A DNA stretch of 63,998 nt, the filler included, from Pseudovirgaria hyperparasitica (taxonomy: Eukaryota): assembly GCA_010093815.1 (NCBI GenBank). It is 8 parts of 5 records of this genome, joined end to end, with 100 filler letters (N's around TTAATTAATTAA, not from the genome) between each part and the next. Parts side by side here need not be neighbours in the genome. Positions count along the whole stretch, not along the records: positions 22,130 to 47,459 come from ML996599.1; 7 more parts are not named here. One strand, written 5' to 3'. The notes below the pieces were generated by a model. It did not search any database, was not told the DNA's origin, and worked only from the letters and a program-made list of their open reading frames with translations. Position numbers and translations under genes: made by a program. The stretch's first letter is position 1. Every line of letters starts with the position of its first letter. This document shows, one piece after another, positions 24,520 to 37,370 of the stretch.

Positions 24520-24632
24520 TCTAGAGCCTCGGCTTCGGATCTCTTTAGCCTCATCCACTTCCCTCGGACAGTGTCATCGCTTGCAACATCGCAGGAAATG
24601 GTTTTCGCATCATTAATCATCTCTTTGAACAA
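24520..24632 (-). repeat. Short diverged duplicate of the FTA2-like fragment at 29325-29432
   Basis: LFKEMINDAKTISCDVA versus LFKEMINDAKIISCDVA, with clear nucleotide identity. Confidence 0.75.
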
Positions 24633-25140
24633 GACAGGACAAATACCCGCGGACTGGTACCGAGAATAGTGTGATTGTATGCTCCACCTACTTCAAAGCT
24701 CAGCACGACGATTGCTTAGATTCAATCACGCAATCTAAAAGTAGCATCATTACAACCGAAAGCGAGGATTCGAAATAGACCGAACAGGCTGGATAGAGAC
24801 TGGTCATGGCTCAGTAAGGGCATGGATCTCGAATCAGTGATACCGACTCAGTACGGTCATGGCTCAGCATATTAGTTTGGATACTTTAAGGTATGTTTTC
24901 TATACTACAAGTTTCATTCCGTAAGGGATTATCTTTTAGTCAATCTTTTAGTAATATTCGATCCATTTCGGGGGTTCACCGCTTGGACTCAGCATGAAAG
25001 CATCACGCTTTACAAATAATTTACACGCCAGCTGTTGTATACTATTCCCATTTGGCAGTCTAATAAAAAGTTGAGTCCATTGGCATGGAAACCGTGTGTA
25101 TTCCTTCTCGTTTGGTTGTAAATCGCATTCGCGCAGGCCC

Positions 25141-27549
25141 TCACAGCTCCTCATTTTCGTCAATCACATGGTAGCGGGGCAAGAGATGGCGGTCCAGATT
25201 TCTGGACGCTACATACACAGTCTTATCAGAATGGCGGCTCGCGCTGTCAAAGCAGTTTCCAACAGTCAGGCCATAGCCATCCGCATCGTAGAGATGCATA
25301 TCTCCATCCGAGTCAAGGAGAGTCGTCACGAAAGCTTCTAATTCTGATCTGCCTAGTTCTGACCGCTTTCGATTCCATTTTGAGTCACTGAACACACACA
25401 CCTCTACTGTTCGCTGGCTGGCCGCATGGGCCTTTTGTGGTAGGAATCTGCCTTGCTGGGCGCCATTCTCGATTGACCGGCTTTTTGGATCTAGCGTGGA
25501 TTCTCGGTCGTTACGTACCGCCAGGTCTATGGATTGAGAAATGGTATCTCGTTGTCCCCCGACAAGCTCTGGGGCTGGGGGAACTTGGGAATCTGGCAAC
25601 GAAGCAGATTGAGCAAGGCCCGAAGACAGCTTACGTCGCTTATTCGGGTCGTACACTGACTGTGCTATGCTTACTGCGCCAATTGCGCTATCGTCCTGTG
25701 CCTCGTGGCTGAAGCAAGGTCCTACGTCGAGCGTGCCAAAAAACAAGTCGTAGACTCGTTTCCGAACCTGGAGACTGGAAATAGCACGCTGGGGTGCAGG
25801 AACATCGCTAGCCAGTATGTTCAAGTAAAGATGTTGCCGAGTGGCTTCATAATCGGTCTCTGTGATCCAGCCACAGCGAAGAGTTAGATCTTCGACTGAG
25901 TCATGTGCATTAGTTGATATCTCTTCAACAGGAGAGGGTGCTTTCCGTTTCGCTGACCTCAGTCGCTGCAAGATGTCATCAATGACGGGCTCCAGATTTT
26001 CGTATTGACTACTGGGGAGCATAGCAGCGACCAGTTCGCGCTGGAAGTTCCGCGCTCGCAGCCTCTGGATCTCCTCGGAGTCGAATCCGAGCTGGAAAGC
26101 TAGATCGCCAAACGCTACCCACGCAAAGAGGTCTTACTTGCGTCTTTGTTTAGCACACCTCCTGTGCTGTCTAGGAAGGCTCGAGTTCAGGTGCAGAATA
26201 TTACGCATCGCGTATAGATGAAGCTGGCGGTAGCCGGTCTCGAACGGGCCATAGCTCGCTGAAGATTTACAGTATATGACACTCGAATCTCTCAGTTGAA
26301 GACAGAAGTAGCCGTCTTTTTGATTGACATTGGTAAAGTACTTCTGAACTGCTTCGGAGAAACTCGATTGTAGCTGAGCCATTGGTCCTAGGACTGCTTG
26401 TCTGACCGCACGAGCACAGGCATCAAGGTACCTGAGATCTTTTCGAAGCGTAACGAGCGTGGGGATTGGGTACATTATCGTGATAATGTTCTGCAAGATC
26501 TTGGCTTGATTTTTACTCCGTTTCAATAGGGAGAATATCGTGCCTTGCTCGATATCCTGCCTCAAAGCTGAGTATTCGCTAGAATAAACGCCAGGTGCTT
26601 TTGACTGGAGGCTTGCCACAGTTTGACTGTCCAATGCGTGCCTATGCTCTGAATCTCCACCTATGATAGCCGACCATATAGCGGATATGTGGTTCAGATA
26701 GCACAATATTTCCTACTGGTGTGAGTTTATTCCATGGATGATGGATCATAGCCGAGTGCTCACCTCATCTAGCCTACTGCTCATGATCTCTAAAAGAGTT
26801 CCTATCCTGAATCCGTGGACTAGTAGAGCTTCGAATTTGCATAACTTTGCAAAGCCACTCGCCAGTCTCGGGTGTCGGAGGAAGCGTTTCAGTATGTTTC
26901 TTTTGCTCTTCGTCAATCGTGCCCACCACTGCTTCTCGGCGAGCTCCTGTCGACTAGCTTGGTAGCGTAGAATCCTGATGTAAACCGAGCCGTCTGTGAA
27001 GTTATGCGAGTTGCAATACTGTTCGACCAACTCCCGTTGGCCTTCCGCGCCTAGATCTATACAAGTGAGTCCTCTTACGGCTGGCAGCGACATGGACCTA
27101 CCAGCAGAGTACAGGTCAACGATCCACCACCTATCAGTCGCTTCTAGCACTGACGTCTCTTTGGCTGCGGTAACACGATGCTTTCCTCGCAAGCATTGTA
27201 TGGAGAGATGCGATGGCAGCTTCAAGAGGGGAGGTAGTGCGTCTGGATTATCGAGCAGAGTTTCTGATGTGACATGGTCGGTTGCGGTGTATTCAAGTGC
27301 ACTTTGGAGGTCCTTTGCGTCGATAAGTGCTGGAATATGACGATCAGGTTCTAGACGTCGGCAGCCTTCTAGCTCAAACACCCGCTTCAGCCGGTCGACA
27401 TTGTGTCGTTGTAGATCGACCAACACTTGTTTCGGAAACTGTAGAGAATCAAGCAAGACTCTTGCCTTTCCTAGGAACTTGGCAGTCCTCTCTTGAAGTA
27501 TATCGACTTCGTGTCTAGCGATACTATCTTGGTGGGAGCTCTGGGCCAT
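25141..27549 (-). pseudogene. DUF3723-family gene (Starship accessory-type), 2 introns, one in-frame stop
   Basis: FLGKARVLLDSLQF..NVDRLKRVFELEGCRRLEPDRHIPALI..CLRGKHRV..DRWWIVDLY, EQYCNSHNFTDGSVY, IPTLVTLRKDLRYLDAC, FETGYRQLHLYAMRN and FGDLAFQLGFDSEEI. Introns 27101-27057 and 26763-26713. TAA at 26136-26134 lies in frame between the 190-aa and 293-aa ORFs. Confidence 0.85.
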
Positions 27550-28261
27550 ATTGGTCGAGGGATAAGATCTACATGACAGGACTATTACGAGCCTCCTCAA
27601 TGAGCGCTTTCGCCGTCATTAACACCTGTCACGCTGGTTTCCTCGCTAAGAGGCAACTGTCATAGAATAGTTCACAGTGCCATCATGCTGAGCCGTGGTT
27701 AGGTCATAATCTTACTGAGCGATATATCTATGGTGTATCTCCTGCAAGGATGGTGTAACAGCCTAGAGCGGATCGTGACCGACATGCATGGTCGCTCTCA
27801 GGAGACATACACTATACAGGCATAGCCAGCAGACCTAGAAGGCGCGAGTGGCGCGAGTCCCGGAGACAGGTCGAACTGGGACGGACAAGGCTGCTGCTTC
27901 GATCCGTCGAATAGAGTTGCTTAACACTTACAGTGATGAGAGCTACAGGGCGCGTAGGAAGCTCAGTAAGTTCTTGGCAGCCTCGCTTTCGTAGTGAAAG
28001 GCCAGAATTCTGACCCCCCCCCCCCCTTTAGTCACAGGAAGGACTTACGTACTCGTCCCGATTCGAAGATGCATGCTGCTCTAGGTCCCCATGCTCAATA
28101 TATGTCTTTTCCAGGGCGTTTAAGATACAAACCAAATTTTGGGCTGTAGCCTCAATATATAATCAAACTCTCGGCCCAGTAGATACTGGGCCATGTATTG
28201 ATCTTGACACACCTGCTCTGTTCCCATGACTCAAGTTCCCAGCTTTCAACTCGCATTAGCC

Positions 28262-28396
28262 ATGAAGCCCCGCGTGTATCCCTGGAAGCGCCTCATGCCT
28301 GTTGGCCTGGGTGCAGCCGCCTTGGCTTGTTTTCTAGTATCGCTATACGCTGCTACAAATAAGAGAGTGCTTCGCGAGGGCATCGCAATCATCAAG
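28262..28396 (+). CDS. Probable first exon of a membrane-anchored or secreted protein, remainder lost in a gap
   Basis: MKPRVYPWKRLMPVGLGAAALACFLVSLYAA hydrophobic stretch followed by an AAG|GTAAGA donor. Confidence 0.35.
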
Positions 28397-29299
28397 GTAA
28401 GACATGTTTTGGCTGACGCGGNNNNNNNNNNNNNNNNNNNNNNNNNNNNNNNNNNNNNNNNNNNNNNNNNNNNNNNNNNNNNNNNNNNNNNNNNNNNNNN
28501 NNNNNNNNNNNNNNNNNNNNNNNNNNNNNNNNNNNNNNNNNNNNNNNNNNNNNNNNNNNNNNNNNNNNNNNNNNNNNNNNNNNNNNNNNNNNNNNNNNNN
28601 NNNNNNNNNNNNNNNNNNNNNNNNNNNNNNNNNNNNNNNNNNNNNNNNNNNNNNNNNNNNNNNNNNNNNNNNNNNNNNNNNNNNNNNNNNNNNNNNNNNN
28701 NNNNNNNNNNNNNNNNNNNNNNNNNNNNNNNNNNNNNNNNNNNNNNNNNNNNNNNNNNNNNNNNNNNNNNNNNNNNNNNNNNNNNNNNNNNNNNNNNNNN
28801 NNNNNNNNNNNNNNNNNNNNNNNNNNNNNNNNNNNNNNNNNNNNNNNNNNNNNNNNNNNNNNNNNNNNNNNNNNNNNNNNNNNNNNAGTCTCTGGCTGGC
28901 TTGTATTGTTTTCACATTCCAACGCACTTTGATCTGTGTCCCAGGTCTAGACTCGAAGAAGGTCAGAGGGGGGGTGACGCTCCTTTTCAGTTTGCTTTGC
29001 CTTATGATCTTCGCGGTGATACTCGGCTTTTTATCGAAGCTTGGTAGCATTTCGGATTTGCTCCCGTCATGGATTGACTTGAGGTACGGTAGTTTGAAGG
29101 GTCTAAGCATTGGCGCACTCATACCGGCAATTTTCACGGTAATGACAAGTACAGCGATTCTTCGTTGGGGCTGAGGAATTCTCCCCACTTGTGATAGACA
29201 GTTATAGAATTATGGAGTATCCAAAAGTGCGAACGACAAGATTAATTCTGTTGAACTGCCTTGGTGTCAAAGCTCTATCTAGCCAGGTGAACTCAAAGA

Positions 29300-29601
29300 C
29301 ATTTGGCTTCTAGAGTCATAATACAGCTTCGGCTTCGGATCTCTTTAGGCTCACCCGCTTCCCTCGGACAGCGTTATCGCTTGGCGACATCGCAGGAAAT
29401 GATTTTCGCATCATTAATCATCTCTTTGAACAGTACAAGCTTCTCGTCCAAAAACCTTTGGCGCCGCAGTGGTCTGAGAGAATCAAGCCACCAGTGTGGA
29501 AACACCCGTGCTCTACTGAAGTCAACGAGTTTTCCATCCAGGTAATTCCTTGCATATATTTCCTCAGTCCGTGGCACGTAAAGGCTCAATGATCCCTTCA
29601 T
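29300..29601 (-). pseudogene. FTA2-type (kinase-like) domain fragment
   Basis: EIYARNYLDGKLVDFSRARVFPH resembles the xI..xNY..G.LVDFS.A...PH motif of the fungal FTA2-like family. Confidence 0.5.
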
Positions 29602-29692
29602 CGTTTATGGAGCCAATCCACGGACATAGCCGGTAGTACCCTCACGCTCAACTCTCTCATCGGTGCGACCGCCCGGTCTACACGAACAAACA

Positions 29693-30160
29693 TTACCATA
29701 ATAGCAGTGAGGTAGCGGCCAGAGTAGTTTCTAGGTAGAAGACTGCTTTAAAGCTCTGGAGCTCTCCTTCAGGCTGCTTCCTGACCGACACGATACTTGC
29801 ACATCCTAGGAAAAGCGCAGCGCCGAGGTGAACCAGGCTTCCACTTATTGCTCCAGCAGCCCCTTGATGTTGAATCGGGACATGGGTTGTCAACTATATG
29901 GATTAGGCTAGGCTCTAGGCGGGAGGGATAAAGACCTAACCATCGCAAAGAAAGCGTAGTGCCAGTAGCTGGCTCCTGGGGTAGCAAGTATGAGTAATAG
30001 AGGAGCGAGGACGTAGGCAATACCAGCAACAACCATAACATAGCTCCCTGGAACAAGATGTAGAACACGACCGCCAAGTAGTGAAATGAATATACCACCA
30101 AGCGCCATTGGGACGAACCATACGACAAGTTGCAACGGTGATGCATCCATAATCTTCGCC
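29693..30160 (-). pseudogene. C-terminal fragment of a DHA2-type MFS drug transporter
   Basis: ASPLQLVVWFVPMALGG..GGRVLHLVPG..SYWHYAFFAM, intron, then VPIQHQGAAGAISGSLVHLG..SFKAVFY. The N-terminal half is absent. Confidence 0.75.
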
Positions 30161-31719
30161 AAACTATACCAGTCAACCAGCACATTCCCATGGTCTTAGA
30201 TACTGGAGCAATTGGGATGTTGAGGTACGATAAGAGAAATCCATGAGAATCAAAACACTAACCTCCTTTTAACCAAAAGTTACAAAAACAATGATATTAA
30301 CAAGCCAGCACTACACGTAGGTGTAAGCCCTCCGTTAGAGGCGTAAGATAAATCACGCGCGACTAGGCTTGCTGGCGCGTGTAGGCCCAGAGGGCAGCAG
30401 CTGCGTGCCTGCGTTATGATCTTTTCTATGCTTGTGAGAGACGCTAATGGGAGCACACGATAGCTATATAGCCTTTGGCTCTATAGTTTGAAAGATAAAA
30501 CCAATTTTTATTATTATGGGCGAATCGAACTTTTGACAACTTACCCGGCCTCTCGCGCTCTCCATGGTGGTCTCTCCCGCTGGCAGCAGGCTCTGGAGCG
30601 ATATTTCCGCCATTATGTACAAGATCGGTTTGCTATCTTCCTGTTCCACTGTACTGCATATGTGACTGCTGCGACGATGCCGTGTGAATGAATTTAAGAT
30701 CGTGTAAGACATGCAATTCCAACGGAATTATAAAAAGATGCAATGTTTTGTTTATAAATTTAGTATTCCACAATGTAAATTTCAAAGCTAACTATAACGA
30801 CCTGCGCCTAGTATTAAAGACAGGCTAATTTTAATCCTAAAAATCTTCATCTATATCTCAATTACAACTAGAGAAGTCTTTCCATAGAAGACAGCCACAC
30901 TAGTACTGACCGTGTCTCGGGCAGGTAGCTAGCCTGATTTTACGGTGTAGATGAGAATTCCTAATTAGTACATCTTAGCTGTTTGACGTGTGTCGAGTTT
31001 GTAGATGACCAAGATCAGACAATCCTTGTGGACTTGCTTCAGATTGGACGTTTTGCCGAACGATGATAGCCCGGCATAAATGTCGCTTCAACGGCAGAGC
31101 AGTCCTTGGCCATTACCGTCGTTATACGACGATCTGACTAGGAGGGGAAAGTGTGGAGCTCTCATGATACATCGAGCCCCCACGTCTATGAATTCGAAGA
31201 AAGCAAAATCTTCCATTTGAGATCCCGAGAGCCATGTCGAAAAAGTGATAAACGTTTGCCGGTGCATTATCCACATGCAGATATCTCCCGTCAATATAAC
31301 CGTACAGTGCGCCTTAGAACCCGAAGAAGGAACAAAAGAAAGTTCTTACGCGCAGCGGAGTGTGGAATATATTGTGATTCTGGGAGACTGAGACCAAACC
31401 CAGCCGGGTCTGATCAAGCCGAATTGCCAGTCGATGTGTTTCCGTTCAGAAATGGTCAATGCGATATGTCCCATCAAGATATGTATTATGCAATCAGTAT
31501 GCGTCATTGTTGTCGCGTTCCCATGAGCCATCTATCTAGACATGTGTGAAGTGGCCACTTTCTAATGTCACCTTTGTCGTGACGTTGGTGGAATGGAGCC
31601 TCGAGCAGTCGAGCCGGTCGAGCCTCGCGGCTGGTCCTCAATCAAGTCCAGACATGCCGTGAGCACTAATTCGAATTAGAGACAGTCGGCTTTCGCAGTA
31701 GCTGAAAGTTGGGCAACTC

Positions 31720-32001
31720 ACTTGAGATTATCTCTTCTTCCCAGACGCCCATCTGATAGTCTACCAAGCCAGGCTTTTCCATCAGATCACAAAGCCTCAC
31801 TAGCTCCCGACCAAGATTCTCCAGCTGATCATACCCCATCAAAGTCTGAGTTGGACGTGGTCGTTGGCCGGATTCAAGACTCTCCTCCGTGATTTCTTTT
31901 TGTCTTTGAAGAGCTGTGAGCCAGCAATGATTGAAATCCTCCCACAGATTCAGTCGTTCAGCGTGCATACTTTGCTCGTCGCGTACTAGACCTATTGTCA
32001 A
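31720..32001 (-). pseudogene. Isolated exon of a conserved ascomycete regulator (RfeF-like C-terminal domain)
   Basis: GLVRDEQSMHAERLNLWEDFNHCWL..LGRELVRLCDLMEKPGLVDYQMGVWEEEII, bounded by splice sites. Flanking exons not seen. Confidence 0.65.
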
Positions 32002-32206
32002 TCTCAGTTCCGACTATACCTGAAACATTAGAGACGAACTCACCTAGCCTGTGACTGCTAGAAACGGCGGTTTCTCAGGGTCTCTGGCTCCCCCGCTTGC
32101 CGCTGCGCGTCCGAGCCCATCGCTCCTCCTCCTTCATGCTGTCTTTCTGCACTCACACAGCTAACGTGATAGCACAGTGTATGCTCTCTCCAGCAGAATG
32201 CTAGCA

Positions 32207-32475
32207 TGGACCGGGCAAGTCAAGTGCTATCCGAAGGTCTTCCTAACGTGCCTAGAACGTATACTGCTCTGGCTGAGCATGGCAAAGTCTCTCCTAGTCT
32301 CCAGTATCGCGTAATAGGGAGACGCTCGATGGAACAGAGAGCCTGTAGCCAGCAGTAGCTCCACACGTTCGAAAAGAAAGCACCGGTGTATTTACTAAGT
32401 TACTAAATATTTCTGATCTAGGTAGTCCGGCGCGAATCAAGTTCTTGCCATCGCTCACCTTCAGTATTGCTTGCC
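32207..32475 (+). mobile_element. Fot1/pogo-like transposase N-terminal relic
   Basis: MDRASQVLSEGLPNVPRTYTALAEHGKV..GRRSMEQRA..QQ*L..DLGSPARIKFLPSLTFSIA. Contains a stop and a frameshift. Confidence 0.65.
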
Positions 32476-32994
32476 CTTCAGCCGGACACCGCGAACCGAC
32501 CCATGAATTGTAAGGATATCTGCATGGTCCGTGCATTGGCCTAACCAAGTTAATGCACGTGAGCGCGAAACTTCAGCAGCACTAGGGTTGTGGCGCGGGT
32601 GATGCGCGAGGTCATGCAGGAGCGACTGGTGGAGAATGATGCACAGGGCGTATAGCAACCGCATGCAATACTTGTCGAACAGTCTAATCACACTCTGTAG
32701 GAAATGGACACAGCCGTAGTGCAGAGTCGTTTACAATTCCCCTTTAGTTCGCACTAAGTGCCGCTAGAACGAACGGAAAAGACTGCAAAGTAGCCATTCG
32801 GCCACTCGGGATATCGTCATCGGCCACACGTACTTGCCAGAACCCTGAAGTCAAGTCCTCTTGCTAAACACTGTTGACTGGCCGAAGGCACGTAGGCACT
32901 CGTCTATACGCTGTAGGTACAAGAAGTCCTGGGCTACCCCAGGCGAAGTTTTAGAATAAGATTGATTGCTACTACTAAGAGCATAGGAGGAAGT

Positions 32995-33068
32995 GCTCAG
33001 CAGAATCATGGCTCAGCAGAATCATGGCTCAGCAAAATCATGGCTCAGCAAAATCATGGCTCAGCAAA
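32995..33068 (+). repeat. 16-bp tandem repeat GCTCAGCARAATCATG, ~4.6 copies
   Basis: Read directly from the sequence. Confidence 0.95.
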
Positions 33069-33278
33069 AGTTCCTCCTCTGACAGACAGTCTTCTAGTAG
33101 ATAGCGACATTAAGCCGGAATGCGAGTACACGTTAATGTAGCGTCACTACCATACTGCGCCGTACATGTGCAGGTGTTAAGACGGACGACTTGGTTAACC
33201 TATAAAGCCTTCGGTCTACTGTACAGTACCCGCAGGTGTTATGTATACAACACCTGCTAAGCACTCATTACTTTCGAC

Positions 33279-33452
33279 ATGGCCGGACTTGCTTGGACAG
33301 AGGAAGAAAATGCTTGGCTAATCATAATGTTAGAGAAGAATCCGAGCATAAGTTGGGGGGAGCTTGTAAAGTTGTATAACGAAAAGTTCCCCAACCGCCC
33401 TCGCAGCGAAGACGCAATTAGGAACAGATACTTCCGTCTTACAAAGAAATGA
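33279..33452 (+). CDS. 57-aa stand-alone Myb/SANT-like domain protein
   Basis: MAGLAWTEEENAWLIIMLEKNPSISWGELVKLYNEKFPNRPRSEDAIRNRYFRLTKK*. Shows the WT.EE...L, W..., R(S)..AI..RY Myb pattern. Too short for the ORF track. Confidence 0.65.
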   Translation: MAGLAWTEEENAWLIIMLEKNPSISWGELVKLYNEKFPNRPRSEDAIRNRYFRLTKK

Positions 33453-35764
33453 GATAGCTGCCGCCTTGCCTGCAGAAGCAGTAAGTAAGCTATCGCCATA
33501 TCTCTAGGTTATGAGTCTACTTTAACAAAGCTAGAGACATATGCTGTCAATCAATCTCCGCTATAAGCTTTAGTTAGATGCACCCAAGGCACCATGGAAC
33601 AATGTATGGGATGGTCAGTAGACCCAAGGCAGCCTACTAGCTTGTTAGATAGATTGTAGAGAGACTGCGTCGGGATATAGGTGGCATTCTTCTCGATTTG
33701 CGCTATCATTATGTTAGAACATGGATTTCTCCAAAGCCATTTGGCCGACTCGTCTAAACTCCTACTGGAATTCTCTGAATCACGCTAGCTAAGACATGTG
33801 TAATATCGGCTCTAGTGATCATCACGGTCATCATGTTGAAATCAGTCGAAATCAGTACACATACCGCGGTAATCATGGTTACGAATGAAGAATAGTGTGA
33901 TATTCAGCACCCCTATCGATAAGCCGATGGATGTCACATTTCATTTCCTATTATGCGCATGATGTGATTGTTACGCGGAACACGCCTAGTCGAATGAGCG
34001 GGATAGCGCAAGAAATGCGAGTGAAGGTGTCAAGGCTGTAACTAGCGCCTCCTGGGTAATTAGCTCCCACGGCTCCTTTACATCTCTAGCTTCGCGTGAC
34101 TTTACCCGCCATGGCGGCACCGTGGTAACGAGGACGGTGGAGGATCATCTAGTCGTCTGTCTTTGCCCTCCACGCTCGCTGCAACACCACAAAAAACTCA
34201 TTGAGTATCAATGACTTCCACTTTGTTATGGGGCTTGGACTTCTAGGGCCTAAATCGCTGCCCTTGAGATTCTACTTTGTTCTGCCCGCGTGGCGCTACC
34301 CTATGACCTCGTTTGAATATTAAGCCGCCTTACGCAGTGAGCATCCAGCTCCACCACCCATGTTGAATGCATGGCAAGAATGGATTATTTTCTTTTAGAC
34401 TCTTAAGGCATGAGACTATCTCAGGCTCGATGGTGCCCCTAACTCTACCACTCCTGGACTGAGCTTGTAATAGCTCTCTTGCCTACTTCGGGATATTTAG
34501 CCGCAAAAAAGTTTAAAGACTGCGCGACGGCTAAGATGGAAGGAGCCGCATGACGGGCGCTAGTCGTAGCCTTACGAGCTGTGACACGGTAATTAGTCTG
34601 CATTCACGAGCGGTTTCTCCGACAGTCCGACTGCAATTTCTAGCTTATTAATGGCCATTCGCTCGTCTAATCTATGCAAGAAAGAAGATATGTGGGGTAT
34701 ACCGCATCGTTCAAGTGTCGTGTAACGTTATCTCTGATGCATTNNNNNNNNNNNNNNNNNNNNNNNNNNNNNNNNNNNNNNNNNNNNNNNNNNNNNNNNN
34801 NNNNNNNNNNNNNNNNNNNNNNNNNNNNNNNNNNNNNNNNNNNNNNNNNNNNNNNNNNNNNNNNNNNNNNNNNNNNNNNNNNNNNNNNNNNNNNNNNNNN
34901 NNNNNNNNNNNNNNNNNNNNNNNNNNNNNNNNNNNNNNNNNNNNNNNNNNNNNNNNNNNNNNNNNNNNNNNNNNNNNNNNNNNNNNNNNNNNNNNNNNNN
35001 NNNNNNNNNNNNNNNNNNNNNNNNNNNNNNNNNNNNNNNNNNNNNNNNNNNNNNNNNNNNNNNNNNNNNNNNNNNNNNNNNNNNNNNNNNNNNNNNNNNN
35101 NNNNNNNNNNNNNNNNNNNNNNNNNNNNNNNNNNNNNNNNNNNNNNNNNNNNNNNNNNNNNNNNNNNNNNNNNNNNNNNNNNNNNNNNNNNNNNNNNNNN
35201 NNNNNNNNNNNNNNNNNNNNNNNNNNNNNNNNNNNNNNNNNNNNNNNNNNNNNNNNNNNNNNNNNNNNNNNNNNNNNNNNNNNNNNNNNNNNNNNNNNNN
35301 NNNNNNNNNNNNNNNNNNNNNNNNNNNNNNNNNNNNNNNNNNNNNNNNNNNNNNNNNNNNNNNNNNNNNNNNNNNNNNNNNNNNNNNNNNNNNNNNNNNN
35401 NNNNNNNNNNNNNNNNNNNNNNNNNNNNNNNNNNNNNNNNNNNNNNNNNNNNNNNNNNNNNNNNNNNNNNNNNCTAGGTGTGAAGAAGAGCCATTCATGT
35501 CTTACCCGGTTGTATTAGCGCTCCTAGTTTAGGCAGCCAAAGGAGGTGCGATAGACTGCGCCGTACCGGAGTAGACCGGGCTGACGAGAGAGTGCAGCCA
35601 AGGATTCTTTGTATCCAGCACTGCAGTGGAAGTGTCTTTCCACTTTCAAGGATCTGGCGAGATTCTCGGGCTGTTTTAGGTGTTGATGACCATGACTGAC
35701 TGCAGACAATCCTGCAGGTAAGACATTAGAAAGCTGTACGATATCATAGAACTAACCGGTTTCT

Positions 35765-36480
35765 AGCACGACGCAAGCGTGCTTGTAAGAGCTGTAGGTA
35801 AGCGGGAATTAGGGTCTTATGGCTTCTTGTTCTAAATAAAATGCTGTGAACAGGATTCTCTAATATGCAACAGAGCGAGACCTTCGTGTGGAGCTTGTAA
35901 CACACGAGGTATCACATGCGAGTATTCCTGGGAGAGTTTGGGAGTCGCCCCTCAATCGGGGCAGAGATTCGAGAAAGAGCGAGAGGAGACATCCGATGCA
36001 ATTTCTCAGTGTCCTGCACCAATACCCGATATAGGTTTCGTCGCAATTCCACAGGGATCACGAAACACGAGTCTCCTCACAAGGCCAGAGGCATCCAATA
36101 TCTCACAGACTTCAAGACAGCCACTAAACAGCGTGGAAGGTCCACTCTGGGCCAAAGCACTATTCCAGGCTTGCCGTCAAGTTGATACTAGCCTTAAGCA
36201 ACTCAATAAACGCTTGATTCAGGTGGATAGGAGAAGACTTTCGTACTCGGACATTTTCTCTGAGTGCTTGCAATCACCACTCCTCGACCCAGAGCTGTAC
36301 AAAAAGCTCGAAGAGGCTCGTAACGTTGAAGCGGTCGCGATCACGAACGCAGAACAAATATAGCCGACGCTATGCCACCTCTCAGTGAGATCATTCAGAG
36401 ACTCAATGATCTTTGTAGCAAGCTGTACAAACAACCGAAATAAGAGCATTATTTCTTTATTTTCTAAATTACTCTGTATA
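35765..36480 (+). pseudogene. Degenerate Zn2Cys6 cluster gene
   Basis: RRKRACKSC, intron, then ICNRARPSCGACNTRGITCEY in frame with ORF 35938-36363. Splice phase appears broken and there is a stop at 36361. Confidence 0.65.
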
Positions 36481-36799
36481 TATGGAAGCCCCCACATATC
36501 TTTACTTAGGCTTTCTCATTTTGTACTTGTCTTGTTGAGGTTCGTTTGACGCAACGATCTTGTATGTAATTAGTGTTTTCCACACTGCTTCACTCGTTCA
36601 CCATCCTTCCTTCTAGGGATAGAAGAATGCCTTCGGCAGCAATGGCTAAACCAAGAACGACAATGAACGCATTGGTCCATTTATTGCAGCCTTTACTACC
36701 ATTCAGCATGTTTTGCAGACGTCATAGTAGCATCTTCATCATTCTTCTCTGTAATCGTGCGTAGATATGTTTGATTTGCCGGTTCGCCAGACGCGGCGA

Positions 36800-37370
36800 A
36801 GTCTTGTCGCCGTAGCGATCTGGTCTATAGTTTGATAGCTTTGAGAGGATGTCAATTTTGTGTGTGTGCAACAATATAACTGGTGATTATGAAGTAGTAA
36901 ACTTCCGTCAGTAATTTCTCCTTCATGGTATTAGCAAGGTGTCCAACGACCTCGTCACGGGCATGTGCGCTCATACCTGTTCGGTTCACTGAGCAGGGTC
37001 GATGTTGACTAGACACTCGAACATCTGTTTCGCGAATTCTTCTACACGGATGTTTTGGCCCGTTTTTGCATCCTTGAAGTATTGGAATTGCCGTAACAAT
37101 TCAGGATTCCTCGGCTTGAATTCATAAACGTCAACTTCAAGCCAGGGCAAGCCCCATCCTGGCGTCAATTGGATCTTGATCATAGACTTTCCCCAATCAT
37201 GGACATTCGTTTCGCACAGTTCGATTAACGTCTTTTTCCTGTGGAGGTCGGAAATCCAGGCTATAATCTATTAGCACTGTTCAATACTCATGTTCGGAAC
37301 ATACTTGGTAGGAGAAAAATCATAAGATCAGGAAGTGTATCACGACAGCAGCCTAGTTTCCAATCATCAC
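36800..37370 (-). pseudogene. Internal fragment of a fungal Zn-cluster-type transcription factor family
   Basis: WKLGCCRDTLPDL.., intron, then HDWGKSMIKIQLTPGWGLPWLEVDVYEFKPRNPELLRQFQY. Truncated. Confidence 0.45.
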
